64,000 bases of DNA. Origin: Mizuhopecten yessoensis (Eukaryota). Under the pieces are notes generated by a model. The model saw only the letters and a list, made by a program, of their open reading frames with translations, did no database searches and was not told the DNA's origin. Positions within the stretch are counted from its first letter, which is position 1. The number at the start of each line of letters is the position of its first letter. The position numbers were made by a program, and so were the translations under genes. Of the stretch, positions 58,671-64,000 are shown piece by piece. The stretch covers positions 139,372 through 203,371 of the forward strand of contig NW_018408812.1 of NCBI RefSeq assembly GCF_002113885.1, given 5' to 3'.

Positions 58671-60293
58671 TCCGCATTTCTGGGTTTTGTTTCTGTTATC
58701 TACTAAAATTAGAGGAAAGGTAGACAATAAGAATCTACATTTGTGTATCCAATGTGTTACATTTAGTATATATGAGTCTATGTGTCTGAAGTCATTATTA
58801 AAACACGCTGTTTATACTGGCTAATGTCTTGTCCGGGTGGTATCAGATTTGAAATCGATTCTGGCTTGTTGGTGTTGAGTTGTTTATCCGGATTCCATTA
58901 CATTCTGAATAACAAAACACACATATGTAGCTTAATTGAATAGATTTTGTGATAAAATAGAGTCATTTCTAGTGAAAATTCAGAGACTTCGTCCTTACAT
59001 ACATGCATATTTACATTGCCAATTTGTATGTACATGTCATACAGAAATATCAGTATGATTGCAGTTGATTATTAGATTACCATCGTACATAAGGAATACC
59101 TAGGGTGTTCTGTTAGTATGCCAGATAGAGATGAAAATATCTTATTACCCCCCTGTGTTGGAACTCTTCTTTATTAGACAACCATATTTGTCTTTTCCTT
59201 ATTGGCCCATAACCTAATTTAGCTCCGATTGGGGAAAAACAGTTGTCTAAATTCTCTTTGAAGGCGATTCCACGAGATTCCCTATTCACATGTTAGTGTC
59301 AAATACAATTTGACATTGTGACTTTGATACTCAAAGTCTGGTTTCCTTGAAGATAAATAATATTTGTATTTTTCTCCTTCAAACGATTATAAATTACCAG
59401 CGTGCTAAGAAATATATATAGTATGTTAACAGAAACTTTCACATAATTATTTGAGTACTGGTCTCATTTAAGAATAAAAATAAATAAATGTGATAAACGA
59501 TTAACAAAGCTGACAAGTTGGCGAGTATTTGGTCTCCGTGTGAGATTGTATTGATTTTTTTCACGCATATGACTCATGCGATTCAAAATGGCGGCTGAGC
59601 CATATATCATTCAGAATCATTTCCATCAAACATCTTTACCCCTCTCGTGTGGTACTGTGACAATTTTTCTAACTCCCAAAACCGTCGGGATATATAAATC
59701 ACGCTTCTATATCCCAGCTACCGTTTATCGATTCTTTATGCTGTCTCTATATGATATCGGCATAAAAAAAAACTCATTTCTCATCATCCAAAGAAAATAC
59801 GGTGCGTCCCAGGGAAGATTAATTAGCCCTCCATGGCCCTGCTATGGTAACTGTGTTATGTGGTTCGTGAGGATATCTCTTTAAAATTGATTTTAAATGT
59901 TATGGTGGGGTCGACCTAGAATGGCACACCGCTCTGAAACAATGTATTCTCACGCATTTGTTGTCATGTCAGGTACCCATGTCGAGATAGATCTCGGTCG
60001 AGATAACACAGGAACCTCCGTTAATCATATCACTAATAAACAGAGCATGACGGCTGTAGTAGCAATTACACTTTTTATTTCAAAATGTCAGTGTTTCAGA
60101 TGCTGTGCGTGTCTACACTACCGTAAATCGTGCTATTAGGAAATGCTTGGTTTGTGTCCTCCTTTCTCTCTTCCTTCCTTCCTTGTTTGTTTGTTTGAGC
60201 TACAGAGCCATAACCTTATGAAATATGTGCGTAGAAAGACACCGTCTAAACGAAAGTAAGGAAGCGAGAAACTGCATATACAGTATGAGTAAT

Positions 60294-60552
60294 CACAGGG
60301 ACCTGAGAATTTTTGGCTGCTATATTTAAACCTAAACTAAGGTACATCAATTGGAAATGTTGTTTGTTTTGGTGCAAGAAAATTAGATGGGGTCGATTTG
60401 TCGACATCAAGAGCTTCCTACCCTTCTCGTATATAACCATCATTGGGAGTGGCATTTTTACCGAAAGTCGATCTAAACCGCCAAAAACATGTAAAATTAC
60501 TATGAACACCTTGGGTTCAAATTCGGCTGTAACAAGTTCACAGGTCCCTGTG
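60294..60552. mobile_element. MITE with CACAG-ended TIRs
   Basis: CACAGGGACCTGAGAA / TTCACAGGTCCCTGTG (15 of 16 match); no clear TSD. Confidence 0.75.
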
Positions 60553-61511
60553 TGAGAAACGTATCGTAGTTCTGTCGTGTCCTGCTACACTGAATCGCTA
60601 TAATCCGGTAATCTCTTCAAAACAACTTAATTATGTTGAATAGACAGAGAACACTGTATAATTATAATTTACGTAAAGTCGCGAGATAGGCCAATTGCGC
60701 GTGGAAAGGTGTCCCGCATTTTAATTCAAACTTGGCCAGAATTGAAGATTGCTTACCATGTTCGCTCTCTCGACAAAGATAGAAGAAACCCCAGAAGGTT
60801 TTGTTAGGTCAATACACCGAGTCAAAAGGATCGGATCAAGTGGTCGTCTAATGATGTTAGCTAGCTATATATATACTCGTATAGAACTTCTCCGTCATCT
60901 GAACAAGTTACAAATCAATAATCCTCCCTGGTTATCCGATTATTGAAACTGACGATCAATCAAGTGCTTGTTTTCCAGTGTGCTTCCAATTACGTGGCAT
61001 GGCTATTCTGATCAAATCGTTTTCGTCTTAAAAGGATGCAATGTTCTATAAAAAGAAAATAATGTGCATTTCTACTTTGAAAGGAGTTGCAAATCTGAAT
61101 TGCCTTTCCCAGGAATCAAAAGATCATATCAAAAAACATTGCTTGTCAATAGCTAAGTATTGTTTCCTTTTAGTTTAAATAGATTTGAAACTGACGTTTG
61201 TAAATGTACCAAATTTAGATTTTCCAAAACTTGTTAAAAAGAGATTTGTCAGAAGTGAAGGTCGATTGGTATAACGTTCAACACCTAAAAAAGCTTACCA
61301 CTTTCTTATAATTGGGCGTCCCATTACCGTACAGTGTATTTGTTCACTATGACGTCACAATTTGCAGTTGTCCTAATGTTCTGCACTGCAATCGTCCGTT
61401 TGGATTTGTTCCTATTTCATGCATTTATTCCAATTTGCAAGCGTATACACGCTTAAAGCGTATCTAAGGCGACTTTTCGATTGCATTTTCATCTCGTACA
61501 ATTGTACATAT

Positions 61512-61835
61512 TAGGGCTGCGGCGATATATCGCGATATTTTAAATACGGTACGATAAACCATATATTTTTTGCGGGTTACGATACACCTACGATATTTGC
61601 AGAATTTAATCTACTCGTATCGGTTCCAACATGGCGAGTGACAGCTCAAAAGTGTGAAACTTTAAAATCATGCCCATATTGGACCAAATATATTTCCATT
61701 GAAAATTTGCAATATATCTTTTTTCTTTGCTTCTACTGTTACTTTGTGTATCGTGATACGTATCGTATCGTGACCACAGTATCGCGGTACAATGTGCGTA
61801 CCGTATCGCTCTGTTAATGTATCGTTGCAGCCCTA
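61512..61835. mobile_element. hAT-type MITE
   Basis: TAGGGCTGC...GCAGCCCTA termini, many CGATA subterminal motifs, 8-bp flanks GTACATAT / GTACATAG (right copy offset by 4 nt). Confidence 0.8.
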
Positions 61836-64000
61836 TAGTGTACATAGGCTTTATCGGTCATTTGTCTGAAGAAGATGATGAATTGAGTACATATTGTACC
61901 ACGTACAACGGGATGTCAATAGAATACAGACATCAAAAAAATTAGAAGCAAGAATTTCCATATTTCTTTGTGTAATGACAATAAAATGAATGTAACAGGC
62001 TGATAGCGAATAACAATACATGTTTAATTAAGTATCGATATCACAAAATTACAAATATCGATATACATGTACCCTAATTACAAACATCGATAATATCGAT
62101 ATCATACCAAGATGTATAATTATATTCCTCCTGCTTACAAATAAGTTTGTGTTGAACAAATATAAAATCCATTCAAGGAATTGTCATTACGGAGAGAAGA
62201 TGGAGCAAACAATTCGTATATAAAAAGTCAAAAGATGATATTAGATTAGAAATAAAACTAATTTATTTCGATGAAATTTAAAGTAGACACGGTAACGTTA
62301 AAAGGATGTTAATTTCATTTTCAGATATTTACATTTACATTCCGAACAATTCTTTTTCAGGTAATCGTGAAAAATCGTCGAATACATAGGAAATGGATTT
62401 ATCTTTCCAAAATAACTCAGATTGGATTCAGTATCTTGAGAGAAACTTGTCGAAGTTAAATTATGACACAAACAAGATGTACTTCAATAACATATACAAA
62501 CTTATTATTTACAAAATAAATTAACAAAGAGCACTAATTATACCCATAATAATCAAAACATCGTTCAACCGTTGAAGTAATAAATGTCAATCTTATAAAT
62601 AGGGATAGTTTGCTAACATAATGAGCTCAAGTGAAACCATTTTTTACGTTATTCTTAATTCAATAATAATTTTATTCATTTGAATGAACACTTCTTAATT
62701 TGTAAATTTTGCAAATTATTTCAGCTCGCTTTGTGATGCAAAGTTTTTATCAGCGCGACTTCATTGTCGAAACTTGATATAGTGGCTTTGATAAGCTTTG
62801 AGGCTAACTTCCTGTTGAAAAGGACAGTTTTGAATGTCAAACGGAATCTTTGGTGTAACAAATGACACAGGATGTTGTAAAGGTTGACATACATGATTAT
62901 ACTTTCTTTCAAAAGAGTTTTCAGGACGAGGATGAATCGGGGTCTTGATCACTTCTACGTTTGATTCGCCAAACAGAAACATAAAACAAAACAATATAAA
63001 TATGATAACAGAGCACTTCAATCTAAATGAAACAATCATCAACTCATGTATCGCTCTAACCAAAATGAACTTGTCCAAGTAATCGGACAAGTTGATTGTG
63101 GATTTTGAGGTGTTAGGAGATGTTTTCGAACATAAAACGCAAATTAAACACTACAACATCAAAAGTTTGGAGGATATCTCAACCATACAGCTTTAGTAGT
63201 GGACAATAACTGTCCACCTCGAAAAGGTGACCACCCGAACATATCAAAAACTAGTTAGAATAAGTCGGGTGAGGGTTATTTTTACCCTTTGGTCACTTAA
63301 CTTTGGCACCTTGTAATTTCGAGGTTTGCGCTCAAATTTGAATTGAAAAGCCTCAAATTTAGACCTGAACCAATGTAAGTTCCTGAAAAGTACATTTCAT
63401 AAGAAATTACTCCAGATTCTTCACTAGTTTTCGCCTGAATTAATTCCATTAATTGGCTCAGGCGCATTTAACCTCGTACCGAGACAATATATGTCTACGT
63501 AAACTCCCGAGGGAACAGAACGCTGTTTTACCCTTCGGTTAGCTTCTGTATCATAGATACAAAACGTGTTGATTTTAGGCGGAATATTTTTGGTAGCCAA
63601 ATCAGTGTTGCAGTTTTTGACGAGCAGACACTTGACAGCAGAAAGCACTCACAAATTGAATACTTTTACCATCAAGAATCTGCACGAAAAGGACTACACG
63701 AAATAATTGCTGATGGTCGAGAAAATCCCAAGTGTTCAATTACTTGTTCGTCATTGTACGCATGCGTGTTTCACTGAAAAACATAGATAAAATTCTCCAA
63801 CATATAAAGCGTCATAGTCATTACAATATCACGTGACATTCTATCATCTATATAAGGTGTGCTTTTCCAGTGTCTTTCTGCGACATCATTTGAGAGTTAG
63901 CCATCAGTCTTCGATACATAATGTCTGGCGTACGGATATGTTTCTTAAGATGGCTGCCATTGTTATCCTCCTCATCAACCTGTTATCTCACTTGTGTAGA

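Noticed and set aside
57420-62700. Short ORFs in the right-hand intergenic region
   Set aside because: No recognisable domains or consistent exon chain; several overlap MITEs

Overview
AT-rich eukaryotic genomic DNA, probably from a bivalve mollusc (inferred from the SINE, MITE and TRIM repertoire). The window holds a cluster of three paralogous 12-exon DBH-like copper monooxygenase (MOXD1-like) genes. Paralog A is on the minus strand (exons 1-9 at 10295-1992; exons 10-12 lie left of the window). Paralog B is on the plus strand (14469-25449, complete, 592 aa by my splicing). Paralog C is on the plus strand (30570-51240; exon 9 is cut by a single N, probably an assembly join). B and C keep all six Cu ligands, and A keeps the five encoded in the window. 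All three keep the DOMON Met/His pair. B and C have no C-terminal membrane anchor and have lost both halves of one canonical disulfide. The paralogs differ at substrate-pocket positions while their DOMON exons look homogenised by gene conversion. A non-coding block is conserved upstream of all three. Introns and intergenic DNA carry an intact L1/Tx1-type LINE ORF2 (GTG start, no ORF1), a decayed relative, CR1/L2/Penelope-like fragments, tRNA-SINEs, MITEs and fold-backs, a TRIM-like element with tRNA-like LTRs, a 52-bp hairpin satellite and a templated intron-to-intron insertion. Human DBH and PHM residue numbers are from memory and should be confirmed by alignment.
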